Shown here: in pieces, positions 31,323-41,528 of the stretch | Layout: each line of letters starts with the position of its first letter | Position numbering within the stretch: the first letter of the stretch is position 1 | Assembly (NCBI GenBank): GCA_963816145.1 | Contig: CAWFJP010000018.1 | Location: 192,001 to 256,000 of the forward strand | Direction of reading: 5' to 3' | DNA from: an uncultured delta proteobacterium | Lineage (GTDB): Bacteria > Desulfobacterota > Binatia > UBA9968 | Length of the DNA: 64,000 bases | The notes under the pieces: generated by a model | The model's database searches: none | The model's input: only the letters and a program-made list of their open reading frames with translations | Told to the model about the DNA's origin: nothing | Translations under genes and position numbers: made by a program

Positions 31323-34300
31323 TTAAGAAGTCTGCCGGGCTTTGAAGCGGTGCTTTTCGATTCCCAGGCTCTTGATCTTCGACTCAAGCGTCTGCCGCGG
31401 AATTCCGAGCTTGGCGGCGGCGCCCGAGCGGCCGGCAATCCGGCCCTGGCATGCGGCCAAGGCGTTTTCGATCAATTCTTTTTCGTTCTCGACGAGAGTA
31501 GCGACTAAAGACACGACTGGCCCGGATCGTTGCCCGTCGCGTTTCAACCAGGTCTCGTCGACGGAAAAGGTTTCGCCATCGCACAGCACCACGGCCCGCT
31601 CGATGACATTCTGCAGCTCGCGAATGTTGCCGGGCCAATCGTAGGCTTGGAACAGCTCCATGGTTCGTTTGTTGAGGTTTTTGAACTTCTTGCCGGCCGC
31701 TTTGCCGTACCGTTCGATGAAGTACTCGACGAGCAATGAAATGTCGTCCGTCCGTTCGCGCAACGACGGTATCCGAATTGGAAAAACATTCAACCGGTAA
31801 TAGAGATCCTGGCGGAACGTCCCCGCCGCCACGGCGGCCTTTAAGTCCCGGTTGGTCGCGGCGAGCACGCGCACGTCCACGGCTATCGGCTGGCTGCTGC
31901 CGACCCGTTCAAATTCCCGCTCCTGAAGCACTCGCAAGAGCGCGATCTGGGTTTCAGCCGGCAGCTCGCCAATCTCGTCCAGAAAGATCGTCCCGCCGTC
32001 GGCCAATTCAAAGCGACCCAGACGCCGTTGCATCGCGCCGGTGAAAGCGCCTTTCTCGTGTCCGAACAATTCCGAGGCGATCAGCGATTGCGGAATCGCC
32101 GCGCAATTCACCCGGATAAAAGCCCGCGACGCGCGCTTCGACCGTTTGTGAATGGCGCGAGCAATGAGTTCCTTGCCCGTGCCGGTTTCACCGAGAATGA
32201 GCACCGTCGAATCCACCGCCGCCACCTTGGCGACTTGACCGAGCACTTTGCGCAGCGCTGCGGACGAACCGACGATCTCCTCGAACATCGAAGCGGTGTC
32301 GATTTCTTCGCGCAACGCCAAGTTTTCTTTTTGCACGCGCTCTTCGACCTGCTTGCGGTCGTCGATATCGATTCCCGTCGCGTACCAACGGATGACCCGT
32401 CCGTCATCGTCCCGCAGCGGATGGTAGCGAACCAAAAACCAGCGATACTGCCCGTCTTTGCGGCGCGCCCGGAGCTCGGCTTCGAAGGCTTCGCCGCGCT
32501 CCAGCGCCTGCTGGCGTTGGTCGCCGAACTGCTCGAGATCGTGCGGGTGGAAAAGCCGAGCGCGAAAATCATCGCGCTTGACGTCTTCCAAACTCAGGCC
32601 GGTGTAATCGAGCACAACTTCATTGGCGTAGAGCAGTGACCCGTCCGGCGCCAGGACGCTGATCGCTTGCGGTATCGCATCGACGATCCGTCGCAGCTCT
32701 CTTTCGTCTTTACGCAATTTCTCTTCGGCGCGTTTGCGATCTTCAATATCGGTTCTCGTGCCGTACCAGCGGATGATCGTTCCCTGTTGATCCCTAAGCG
32801 GGTTGGCGCGGATAAGAAACCAGCGATACTGCCCATTCTTATCGCGTAGTCTAGCTTCCAACTCGTAGGGCACGCCGTGGGAGATTGACCGCTGGCGCTC
32901 AGCCAGCACTCTTTTCCGATCTTCCGGATGAACGAAAATCGCCGGACGGTCTTCCTGAGGATCAGCCGGGGTAAGACCGTGGTACTCCCGCGCGACTTGA
33001 TTGGCGTAGAGTCGGCGGCCGTCCGGCGCCAGGACAAATATATGTTGAGGCACTACATCGACGATCTGGCGCAGCTCGGTTTCGCTTTGCCTGAGCTTTT
33101 CCGCCGCGTGTTCTTGCTCGATGGCGACGGCGGCCAGATGGGTTACCTGGTCCATGAGTTTTTGATGCTGCGCAGTGGGATATCCCGGGGTGCGCCGGTA
33201 GATCGCAAAGGTGCCCAATACTTTTTTATCGCAGGACAGTATCGGCGTGGACCAACAAGCTCTAAGCCCATGCCCCAAGGCGAATTCCCGATAGTCCGCC
33301 CATAACTCATCCGTCGCGATATCACCGACGACCACGGGCTCGCCGCGAAATGCCGCTGTGCCGCAGGAACCCGCAGCCGGACCGATCCGGCTGCCGTCGA
33401 TCGCCTTGGTGTAATTTGCCGGCAGACTGGGCGCCGCGCCATGCCAGAGACATTGGCTGGCCGGTTCCAACAGCAGAATCGAAGCCAGGGAGTCGCTGGA
33501 AATTTCCTCAACTAGGAGACACAGTTCTCTCAGGATTGACGCGAATGAATCGCCCTTTGCAATCAACTCGAGGAGGCGATTCTCGCCGGCCAGCAAGGTC
33601 TCCGCCTGCTTGCGGTCGTGAATGTCCGTGGACGACCCATACCACTTGGTCAGATTGCCGTGCTCATCGCGCACCGCCGTCGCGCGAACCAGGAACCACC
33701 GATATTCGCCGCCGGCGCTGCGCAAGCGAACTTCGACCTCCAGCGGCTCGGTCAGCCGAACCGCCTCGCGCCACTGACTGTCGAACCTTACGAGGTCCTC
33801 CGGATGAAATACGCGTCGCCATCCCCAGCCCAAGCCGTCGTCGAACGATAAACCGGTGTATTCCAACCAGCGCCGATTGTGAAAATCGCGCGAACCGTCT
33901 GGCAACCCCGTCCACATCAAACCGGGACTGGTATCGAGCGCGAGGCGAAACTGGTCTTTAAAGGTTTGCGCTTCGTGAAGCGCCTTTTCGAGCGCTTGCT
34001 GCGCGCCGATCTGAGCGCTCACATCCATCACCGCGCCGACAAATTCAACCAGTTGTCCGGATTGGTTCCTCACTGCGCGCGCGGCGACTTTCAAATGTTT
34101 GACGGCGCCATCGGGCATCGACAAGCGGTGAACGAAAGCAAAATCTTTGCCTTCTAACGGTGCAGAATTTAGATAGCGCTCGAACTCGGGAAGGTCGCCG
34201 GGATGAATTCGCCGGCGCACCATCTCAATGGTCGGCTTGTCGACTGGATCGTAGCCAAAAATGCGAAACGTTTCTTTGGACCAGTCGATCTCACCGGTTG

Positions 34301-34835
34301 CCACCTGCCAGGAGAAACTACCGGTAAGACTCAACTGCTGGGTCTCGGCGAGAACTCTTTCGCTTCGGCACACTCGTTCTATTAGCGGCGCTTGTTGGCT
34401 GACATCGCGACAGGAAACGAGTAGCAGATCCTGGTCGGCTTGATTGAAGTCCGCGATCTGAAATTCAACCGTTAGTTCATGCCCGTCTTTACGCCGGCAA
34501 ACAGCTTGCAGCGCGGATTGCTTATCTAAACCTCGATTTCGAATACATTGGAAAAGCGCTTCGCGGCCTTGACTCGTCACCAACTCATAGATCGCCATGT
34601 CGAGCAGCTCTTCCTTGGCGTAAGCGAAAAGCGCGCTAAGGGTCGGATTGGCATCGACGATTTGTCCTTCGGCATCGGTGATCAGAAAAGCCTGCGGCAG
34701 ATTCGCCAGGACATTTTCGGCTTGCGATAAGCGGCGCCGGTAATCGTCGGGCTCGCGTTCGATCAGCGCCGGGTCGATTCGATCAGACTCGCGGAGCTGC
34801 GCATCCTCTTCAAGTTCCGTTAAGTCGGCTTTCAT
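31323..34835 (-). CDS. Multi-sensor sigma54 enhancer-binding protein (PAS x3, GAF, PAS x2, AAA, HTH)
   Basis: Repeated HPED...YRWFL PAS/PAC units; GSCGTAA GAF; GETGTGKE, GAFTGA, WPGNIRELQN; start ATG 34835 or TTG 34862. Confidence 0.93.
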   Translation of the reverse strand: MKADLTELEEDAQLRESDRIDPALIEREPDDYRRRLSQAENVLANLPQAFLITDAEGQIVDANPTLSALFAYAKEELLDMAIYELVTSQGREALFQCIRNRGLDKQSALQAVCRRKDGHELTVEFQIADFNQADQDLLLVSCRDVSQQAPLIERVCRSERVLAETQQLSLTGSFSWQVATGEIDWSKETFRIFGYDPVDKPTIEMVRRRIHPGDLPEFERYLNSAPLEGKDFAFVHRLSMPDGAVKHLKVAARAVRNQSGQLVEFVGAVMDVSAQIGAQQALEKALHEAQTFKDQFRLALDTSPGLMWTGLPDGSRDFHNRRWLEYTGLSFDDGLGWGWRRVFHPEDLVRFDSQWREAVRLTEPLEVEVRLRSAGGEYRWFLVRATAVRDEHGNLTKWYGSSTDIHDRKQAETLLAGENRLLELIAKGDSFASILRELCLLVEEISSDSLASILLLEPASQCLWHGAAPSLPANYTKAIDGSRIGPAAGSCGTAAFRGEPVVVGDIATDELWADYREFALGHGLRACWSTPILSCDKKVLGTFAIYRRTPGYPTAQHQKLMDQVTHLAAVAIEQEHAAEKLRQSETELRQIVDVVPQHIFVLAPDGRRLYANQVAREYHGLTPADPQEDRPAIFVHPEDRKRVLAERQRSISHGVPYELEARLRDKNGQYRWFLIRANPLRDQQGTIIRWYGTRTDIEDRKRAEEKLRKDERELRRIVDAIPQAISVLAPDGSLLYANEVVLDYTGLSLEDVKRDDFRARLFHPHDLEQFGDQRQQALERGEAFEAELRARRKDGQYRWFLVRYHPLRDDDGRVIRWYATGIDIDDRKQVEERVQKENLALREEIDTASMFEEIVGSSAALRKVLGQVAKVAAVDSTVLILGETGTGKELIARAIHKRSKRASRAFIRVNCAAIPQSLIASELFGHEKGAFTGAMQRRLGRFELADGGTIFLDEIGELPAETQIALLRVLQEREFERVGSSQPIAVDVRVLAATNRDLKAAVAAGTFRQDLYYRLNVFPIRIPSLRERTDDISLLVEYFIERYGKAAGKKFKNLNKRTMELFQAYDWPGNIRELQNVIERAVVLCDGETFSVDETWLKRDGQRSGPVVSLVATLVENEKELIENALAACQGRIAGRSGAAAKLGIPRQTLESKIKSLGIEKHRFKARQTS

Positions 34836-35073
34836 AGGAAATCCCCAAACAGTCATCGTCAAGTAAACTGAGTCGGTCTCCTGCCATCAAACCTAACATC
34901 ACGATAACGCCGTTCAATTAGCGGCTTCGAACAGCGAAATCAAAACTCCGCGAGAGACCCAACCTCCGCTCCGACACGGATGAATCTCGATAGTCGCTTG
35001 GCTTAAATTACCGATGCCCGCGTTGGAGAACGATTGTCTAGTCAAATTTCCGCGGGTGTGTCATATTGCCAGT

Positions 35074-35223
35074 ATGGCAAAGACAAAGGCAAAGAAAAGA
35101 TCGGGCAAAAATAAAATTGTCGCGGTTCGAGAATGGGCTCCCGGCCAGCCCTTCGACTCAATAGAAAAGCGTCCCGTCACCAGCGCCAAAAAAGTTAAAA
35201 TCTACCCGGCGCGACAGACCTAA
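35074..35223 (+). CDS. Small basic protein (49 aa), possibly leaderless
   Basis: MAKTKAKKRSGKNKIVAVREWAPG...; ATG a few nt after a TG-n-CATATT element. Confidence 0.4.
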   Translation: MAKTKAKKRSGKNKIVAVREWAPGQPFDSIEKRPVTSAKKVKIYPARQT

Positions 35224-35257
35224 AAGTCACCCAGGATGAATAATTAAAGCCTCTCGT

Positions 35258-35548
35258 CCCTTCGACGTTGCGCAGGGCAGGCGTCGGCAAGATTTGTCAT
35301 GCCGGCGCAGGCCGGCATCCATCTTCAGCGGCGCGGCAAGGCCAAAGAAAACCTGGATTCCGGCCCCGGATCGAGTCCGGGGCAGGCTCTGCGCCGGAAT
35401 GACGGAAAGAAAAGTCGACCGGCAGTAGACTCGTCCTTTGGTGAACCCAGCGCAGAGCCTTTCCCTAGACCCGATCCGGGGCTGGACCCCAGTGTTTTGT
35501 CGGTGAAGCGAATTCGAAACGAAAGGCCGGCCTGCGCCGGCATGACAA
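35258..35548. repeat. REP-like mosaic cluster including inverted composite copy C (35289-35430)
   Basis: Reverse complement of copy A with a CCCCGGATCGAGTCCGGGG module inserted, plus additional half units. Confidence 0.8.
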
Positions 35549-35630
35549 CTCTTCACGCAGCCTAACGGCAAGAGAATTCAACCATTCCCTAGTTGGACAT
35601 TGACCACGCGAGGCGTCGTCGCCTTGCCTT

Positions 35631-36986
35631 TCAACTCGCAACCTTGGTCCGCATGGTGACGAACTCCTCCGCTGCCGTTGGATGGATGCCGATAGTCATA
35701 TCGAACTGCGCTTTGGTGGCGCCGCAGTTGAGCGCGATCGCGAGACCTTGGGTGATTTCGCCGGCGTCAGGACCGACCATATGGCAGCCGAGAACTTTAT
35801 CGCTGACTTGATCGACTACCAGCTTCATCATGGTGCGCTCGTCGCGGCCGGTGAGCGTGTGGCGTAGCGGTTTGAAGGAAGTTCGATAGATGTCGATGTT
35901 CCGGCCGCGTAAGCGCGCCTCCGCTTCGGTCAAACCGACCGTGCCGCAGTTGGGCGTGCTAAATACAGCCGTCGGGACATTCAAATAGCTCGGCTTGGTC
36001 GGCTTGTTGTTAAAGAGCGTATTCGCCAGTGCCATCCCTTCGGCGATCGCAACCGGCGTCAACATCATCCGGTCGGTGCAGTCGCCGATGGCGTAGATGC
36101 TATCGACCGTCGACTTTGAATATTCATCGACTACGACCGCGCCATTGTCCTTAAGCGTTACCCCGGCTTTTTCCAAACCGAGATCGGGCGTCTTGGAGCC
36201 GCGACCAGTGGCGTAAAGAATCTGCTCGGCCGCCAGGACACTGCCATCGGTCAGCGTCGCTTTGAGCTGACCGCCGATCTTTTCAATCTTGCTGATTTCG
36301 GTCTTGAAGCGCAGATCGACGCCGCGCTTGCGCATTTCGTCGGCGAGGGTCTTGCGAATATCGTCGTCGAAACCGCGCAGAAATATCTCGCCCCGATAGA
36401 GTTGCGTGGTATGGGCGCCGAGACCGTGAAAGATGCCGGCGAACTCGACGCCGATATAGCCGCCGCCAACCACGATGACCCGCTCGGGCAACGACCGCAG
36501 ATAGAAAGCTTCGTTGGAGGTGATCGCAAACTCGGCGCCCGGAAACTTGGCCACCGACGGCCAACTGCCGACCGCGACCAAGATATATTTAGCGGTGATA
36601 TGCTTACCATCGATGACGACCGTATGCGGGTCGACGACCTCGGCATGCCCCTCGATGAGCGCCACCCCAGCGTCGGCGAGAATTTTTCGGTAAATGCCGT
36701 TGAGCCGATGGATTTCCCTATTCTTGTTCTCGATCAGTTTGGCCCAATCGAAACGGCGCTCCCCGACCGTCCAGCCGTAGCCCGCGAGATCGTCGAAGTC
36801 CTCGCCGTAATGAGATGCGTAGACTAAGAGTTTTTTCGGAATACACCCCACATTGACGCAGGTGCCGCCAAGATAGCGTTCCTCAGCGACTGCGACTTTC
36901 GCGCCGAAGGTTGCCGAGAGTCTGCTGGCGCGGACGCCGCCCGAACCCGCGCCGATGGTAAAAAGATCGTAATCGTATTGAGCCAT
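35631..36986 (-). CDS. gor: Glutathione-disulfide reductase
   Basis: [46 protein letters not shown]. Confidence 0.93.
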   Translation of the reverse strand: MAQYDYDLFTIGAGSGGVRASRLSATFGAKVAVAEERYLGGTCVNVGCIPKKLLVYASHYGEDFDDLAGYGWTVGERRFDWAKLIENKNREIHRLNGIYRKILADAGVALIEGHAEVVDPHTVVIDGKHITAKYILVAVGSWPSVAKFPGAEFAITSNEAFYLRSLPERVIVVGGGYIGVEFAGIFHGLGAHTTQLYRGEIFLRGFDDDIRKTLADEMRKRGVDLRFKTEISKIEKIGGQLKATLTDGSVLAAEQILYATGRGSKTPDLGLEKAGVTLKDNGAVVVDEYSKSTVDSIYAIGDCTDRMMLTPVAIAEGMALANTLFNNKPTKPSYLNVPTAVFSTPNCGTVGLTEAEARLRGRNIDIYRTSFKPLRHTLTGRDERTMMKLVVDQVSDKVLGCHMVGPDAGEITQGLAIALNCGATKAQFDMTIGIHPTAAEEFVTMRTKVAS

Positions 36987-37128
36987 TGGGAATTTGCCTT
37001 TTCCTTTAGATGTCGCGTCATGATAAAAGGTAGCAGCGTCATCCTCAACCGAGCGACGTTTATTTTGTGAAAGCGAACCCGCCGTTGGAGCGCAGCAGTT
37101 AAATCCACCGGGAACCGAATCATCAAGT

Positions 37129-38418
37129 ATGGCCTCATCCACGATGCAATACGTCTCCGCCCGCCGGCGCCTTAGTCTGGCGGTGAGCGCGCTGCGCCAT
37201 AGAAACTATCGGTTGTACTGGTTCGGCCAGCTCGCGTCGGTGTTGGCGCAAAACATGGAGTACGTGGCGCAAAGCTGGCTCGTGCTTGAGCTGACCAATT
37301 CACCGCTGCTGCTCGGGCTGACGGGACTAAGTCAGGCGATTCCTACGATAACTTTAACCCTGGTCGGCGGCGTGATCGCCGACCGCGCCGATCGCCGCCG
37401 CATCATGATTGTCGCCCAATCCGGCGTCGCCCTGCTTTATTTCATCTTAGCGACCTTGATCGTCACCGGGCAGGTCGCCCTTTGGCATGTCATGACGATC
37501 GCGTTTATCTCCGGCGCCGTGCGTGCCTTCGACCGTCCGAGCCGCATGGCGCTATTACCTCATATGGTGCCCAAAGTAGATATTCCCAACGCGGTGGCCA
37601 TCGGCGGCACCATTTGGCAACTGTGCAAGCTTGCCGGACCAGCGCTCGCCGGCATGCTGATCTATCTGTTCGGCGTCGCCGTCACCTATGCCTTTTGTTT
37701 TGCCGCCTCGCTTAGCGCGGTCGTCCTCTGGCTGTTCATCCACTTGCAACATGAGCCCACCGCGGCGAGCTCCGGGGGCATGTTGCAGCAGATGAAGGAC
37801 GGTGTGAATTTCATTCGCCACAACGAGCTGTACCTGACCTTCATCGGTCTGACGTTTTTCAACAGCGTCTTCGGCATGTCGTACGTCACGCTCATGCCGG
37901 TCTTTGCCCGCGACATCCTGCAGGTCGGATCCCGGGGTTTTGGATTTTTGCAGAGCGCTGCCGGCGGCGGCGCTTTGGTAGGTACGCTGCTGGCAGCGGT
38001 TTTGTCGCATAGCGGCCACCAAGTGCGGCAAACCACGGTCGGCGCGATGCTCTTTGGCATTATTCTAATGCTCTTCGCGTTGTCGCCGGTTTACACCCTC
38101 TCCCTAGGCTTGGTCTTCGCCCTGGGGCTGACCAGTCAATTTTATATGACGAGCGTCAATCAAACCTTGCAGCTCCATCTGCCCGAGCAGCTACGCGGAC
38201 GGGTCATGGGGATCTCCGGGCTGGCTTGGGAAGTCACGCCGATCGGCGGCACCTTCGCAGGAACCATCGCAGAATTCGCCGGCGCGCCGGTGGCCGTGTT
38301 GATCGGCGGCGCCCTGGTTGCCGGCAGCGCACTGCGTATTGTATTGTCCAAAGCCAAGTTGACCCGCTTGGAGCCGCAGTGCAGTATGAGCAGCGCAGAA
38401 GTCCGGGCTCGGATATAA
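37129..38418 (+). CDS. MFS transporter
   Basis: [30 protein letters not shown]; about 12 TM segments. Confidence 0.9.
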   Translation: MASSTMQYVSARRRLSLAVSALRHRNYRLYWFGQLASVLAQNMEYVAQSWLVLELTNSPLLLGLTGLSQAIPTITLTLVGGVIADRADRRRIMIVAQSGVALLYFILATLIVTGQVALWHVMTIAFISGAVRAFDRPSRMALLPHMVPKVDIPNAVAIGGTIWQLCKLAGPALAGMLIYLFGVAVTYAFCFAASLSAVVLWLFIHLQHEPTAASSGGMLQQMKDGVNFIRHNELYLTFIGLTFFNSVFGMSYVTLMPVFARDILQVGSRGFGFLQSAAGGGALVGTLLAAVLSHSGHQVRQTTVGAMLFGIILMLFALSPVYTLSLGLVFALGLTSQFYMTSVNQTLQLHLPEQLRGRVMGISGLAWEVTPIGGTFAGTIAEFAGAPVAVLIGGALVAGSALRIVLSKAKLTRLEPQCSMSSAEVRARI

Positions 38419-38421
38419 GAA

Positions 38422-39411
38422 ATGGCTGAGAAAAAAGCTAAAAAGAAAAGTGGCGGCCTGCGCAAGCGGCGCAAGCTCGCCGGCAAGTCGACGGGCATCG
38501 GCGCGAAAGAAATAGTTTCAGCCGCGCCACCTGCCAGCATCACCCAACTGCAGGACACCATCGACCGGGACGGCGGCAAAGTGCTGACGACTTACCGCGA
38601 GCCGTTCGGCGAACATTGGCTAATCCTCGCCGCCCTGCCCATCGACCAAGTCGAGCCGACGCCCTTCCAGCGCAATCTTTCCGACACCCACGCGCGCAAA
38701 CTCGAAGGCGTCATCGCCAAGCTCGGCCGTTTTCTCGATCCCATCATCACCGTGCACCAAGAAGTCAAAGACAGTCCGACGCGTTACTGGACGCCCAACG
38801 GCAATCATCGCTTGCAGGCGATGAAGACCCTCGGTGCCAAAACCATCATTGCCATTGTCGTGCCAGAAGCGGCCGCCGCCTACCAGATTCTCGCGTTGAA
38901 TACCGAGAAGGCGCACAATTTGCGCGAGCGCGCGTTGGAAGTCATCCGCATGTATCAGGAGTTGGCGACGCTGGACGATGCTACCGAAGAAAACTACGCG
39001 CTGGAGTTCGAAGAGGCCGCGCTCATCACGCTCGGCCTCTGCTACCTCGAAAACGGCCGCTTCAGCGGTGGCGCCTATCACCCGATCCTGCGGCGCTCGG
39101 ACCAGTTTTTAAAAAAGTCCCTTGGCTCGGCCATCGAAGTCCGCCGCGAGCGCGCCAAGGCTTTGATGGACCTCGACAAAACCGTCGTCGAAAAAGTCGA
39201 AGCATTAAAAGCCAAAGGACTCACCAGCCCCTATCTCAAGAGCTTCGTCGTCGCGCGCATCAATCCGATCCGCTTCCGCCCCAAGGACGCAGCGCCGCTG
39301 GGCTTCGATGAAGTACTGGACCGCATGACCAAGGCCGCCGAGAAACTCAACGTCGAGAAAATAAAGGTCGAGGATCTAGCGAAGTCCGGTGGCGCGCCGG
39401 CGGAAGAATAA
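38422..39411 (+). CDS. ParB/Srx N-terminal domain protein
   Basis: PTPFQR, FLDPII, PNGNHRL, LNTEKAH. Confidence 0.8.
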   Translation: MAEKKAKKKSGGLRKRRKLAGKSTGIGAKEIVSAAPPASITQLQDTIDRDGGKVLTTYREPFGEHWLILAALPIDQVEPTPFQRNLSDTHARKLEGVIAKLGRFLDPIITVHQEVKDSPTRYWTPNGNHRLQAMKTLGAKTIIAIVVPEAAAAYQILALNTEKAHNLRERALEVIRMYQELATLDDATEENYALEFEEAALITLGLCYLENGRFSGGAYHPILRRSDQFLKKSLGSAIEVRRERAKALMDLDKTVVEKVEALKAKGLTSPYLKSFVVARINPIRFRPKDAAPLGFDEVLDRMTKAAEKLNVEKIKVEDLAKSGGAPAEE

Positions 39412-39532
39412 CCATCCAGACGGAGCCCACATCTATGTTTGTTTACCTTGACCATTATATTGAAAAAGTATGAATCGAAAGCAAACGGGTTCCACAAAGT
39501 AACTCAAACCGTCACAAATAGGGAGAACATAT

Positions 39533-40267
39533 ATGGCTGACAGCGAAAAAGAATATCTCGTCGGTACGGTCCGTCCGACCAATCGTCCGGAAGCGGGACA
39601 AGAGCTCGATCTCGACACCTTGATTCCGGCAAAGATCAAATTCCTCTACTCGACCATGAATTTCACCCAAGGCACCGCGGAGGAGTTCAGCACGTCGATG
39701 CCGGGTTATGAAGCGAAGTCAGCGGAGTTCGCCAAGATGGGCGCCAATCTGGTCCGCCCCAGCGGTGCGCCGCCGTTCATGCTGTTGGGCTACAAAAAGG
39801 AACAGGAGCTCATCGCCAGCTGGGAAAAGAAATACAACGTGCCGATGTGGACCTCGGGGCAAAATCACGTCAAGGCGTTTCACACCCTGGGCATGAAGAA
39901 GTTCGTTGGCGCGAGTTATTTCCCGGAAAAGATGAACAACATCTTCGCCCGCTACTTCACCGACGCGGGCTTCGAAGTGCTGGCCATGGAAGGAATCGGC
40001 GGGGCCTTCTTGGACGTGCCGCAGATACCGCCGGAAACAATTTTGGAATTCATGCTGAGCGTCGCCAGCAAGCATAAAAACGCCGATGGCATCTACATGC
40101 TCGGCTCGGCGTGGAAGTCGGTCGAGATCATTGAGCGCTTGGAAAACCAATCCGGCAAGACCGTGGTCCACGCCGGCCCGGCGCGCGCCTGGGGCACACA
40201 ACTGAGCCTCGGCTTGCGCCATAAGATCAAAGGCTACGGCAGATTGTTGGCGGAGATGCCAGGATAG
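39533..40267 (+). CDS. Maleate isomerase / arylmalonate decarboxylase-like protein (Asp/Glu racemase fold), cysteine-free
   Basis: LGMKK, YFTDAGFEV, IERLE..GKTVV, GYGRLL; GGGAG RBS. Confidence 0.75.
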   Translation: MADSEKEYLVGTVRPTNRPEAGQELDLDTLIPAKIKFLYSTMNFTQGTAEEFSTSMPGYEAKSAEFAKMGANLVRPSGAPPFMLLGYKKEQELIASWEKKYNVPMWTSGQNHVKAFHTLGMKKFVGASYFPEKMNNIFARYFTDAGFEVLAMEGIGGAFLDVPQIPPETILEFMLSVASKHKNADGIYMLGSAWKSVEIIERLENQSGKTVVHAGPARAWGTQLSLGLRHKIKGYGRLLAEMPG

Positions 40268-40299
40268 TTAATTTTTGGAATTTTATCCTGGGAGGAAGC

Positions 40300-41280
40300 A
40301 TGATCATCAAACTTTTCGGCGTGCTTCTCTTTGTCATCTGTCAGAACGCGACGCTGTTTGCCCAAGAACGCATCCGCATCGCCTGGGCCGGCGCCAGTCC
40401 TGCCAACGCCGGCATCTGGGTATTGCAAGAAAAGAGGCTGATGCAAAAGTATGGCGTCGAGCCGGAGATCATCAGCATCAGCGCCAGCCCCATCGTCCTG
40501 CAAACCTTGCTCGCCGGCGAGATCGATGTTTCAGCGATCTCCGTGACGACGCTGGTCAGTTCCCGCCTCGCCGGCGCCGACACGGTGATGATCCTCGGCA
40601 TGGTGCGCACCTTCGTCGATCATATTCTATCGCAACAAAGCATCACCAGCATTGAACAACTCAAAGGCAAGATCGGCGGCGTCAATCGTATTGGCAGCAC
40701 GTCGGATATGGGCTTGCGCTTCGCCCTGCGCCGCTTGAATATCGACCCTGAGAAAGACACCCGTATCATCACCGCCGGCGGCAATCCGGAACGGTTTGCC
40801 GCCCTGACCAAAGGCGTGATCAATTTCACCATTATGCCGGAGCCGTTCGTCCGCCAGGCATTGCAGATGGGCTTTCGCCACTTGTTCGATATCGGCTCGC
40901 TGAAGATACCGTTCTGGTGGAATGCCGTGCTGACGCGGGAGGCCATCGTCAAAGCCAAACGGCCGCTGCTGCTGAAATTCACCCGCGCCATGATCGAAGC
41001 GACCCATTTCAACAAAACCAACAAAGAAGAAGCCAAAGCGATCTGGGGCAAGTACCTGCGCATCACCGACCAAGAAGCTTTGGAGCGCGCCTGGCAAACT
41101 TACACCGCCGCTTACCCCGACAACTTGCTGCCGACTCCAGACGGCGTAAAAACCTTGCTCGACGACATCGCGCCGCGCGAACCGAAAGCCGCCAGCGCCG
41201 ATCCGCGACAATTTGTCGACCCAAGCTTGGTGCGAGAAGTCGAAGCCACGGGCTTCGTCAAGCAGCTCTACAAAAGATAG
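40300..41280 (+). CDS. NMT1/SsuA-type ABC substrate-binding protein
   Basis: Signal peptide, LAGEIDV, LKGKIGG; GGAGG RBS. Confidence 0.88.
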   Translation: MIIKLFGVLLFVICQNATLFAQERIRIAWAGASPANAGIWVLQEKRLMQKYGVEPEIISISASPIVLQTLLAGEIDVSAISVTTLVSSRLAGADTVMILGMVRTFVDHILSQQSITSIEQLKGKIGGVNRIGSTSDMGLRFALRRLNIDPEKDTRIITAGGNPERFAALTKGVINFTIMPEPFVRQALQMGFRHLFDIGSLKIPFWWNAVLTREAIVKAKRPLLLKFTRAMIEATHFNKTNKEEAKAIWGKYLRITDQEALERAWQTYTAAYPDNLLPTPDGVKTLLDDIAPREPKAASADPRQFVDPSLVREVEATGFVKQLYKR

Positions 41281-41300
41281 GAGCTCAATTAACCGCTCCT

Positions 41301-41513
41301 TCTCCCTATCCTCCCCGCATACCAGACTGTGTCGCAACTGTCATTTCGAGGTGAAGCCGAGAAATCTCTTCTTCGTATGTGGCTGAAAACACGAGATCCC
41401 TCGCTGCGCTCGGGATGACAGATGTGGGGCATTTGCTCATTACGACACAGTCTCTACGCGGGGGAGGATATAGGTGGGGGTGGAACGTTTTGAACAGCTG
41501 GAACGATTGGAAC
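41301..41513. repeat. Host hairpin repeat (TATCCTCCCCGC...GCGGGGGAGGATA) plus TGGAAC 9-mer tandem
   Basis: Arms flank MITE copy 1; TGGAACGTT TTGAACAGC TGGAACGAT TGGAAC follows. Confidence 0.6.
41324..41453. mobile_element. 130-bp MITE-like element, copy 1
   Basis: Terminal inverted repeats AGACTGTGTCGCAA / TTACGACACAGTCT; differs at 3 positions from copy 2. Confidence 0.75.
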
Positions 41514-41528
41514 CTGTGTCTTAATCGT

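Noticed and set aside
35227-35571. ORFs across the REP cluster (and those across the MITE copies)
   Set aside because: Translations of palindromic repeats
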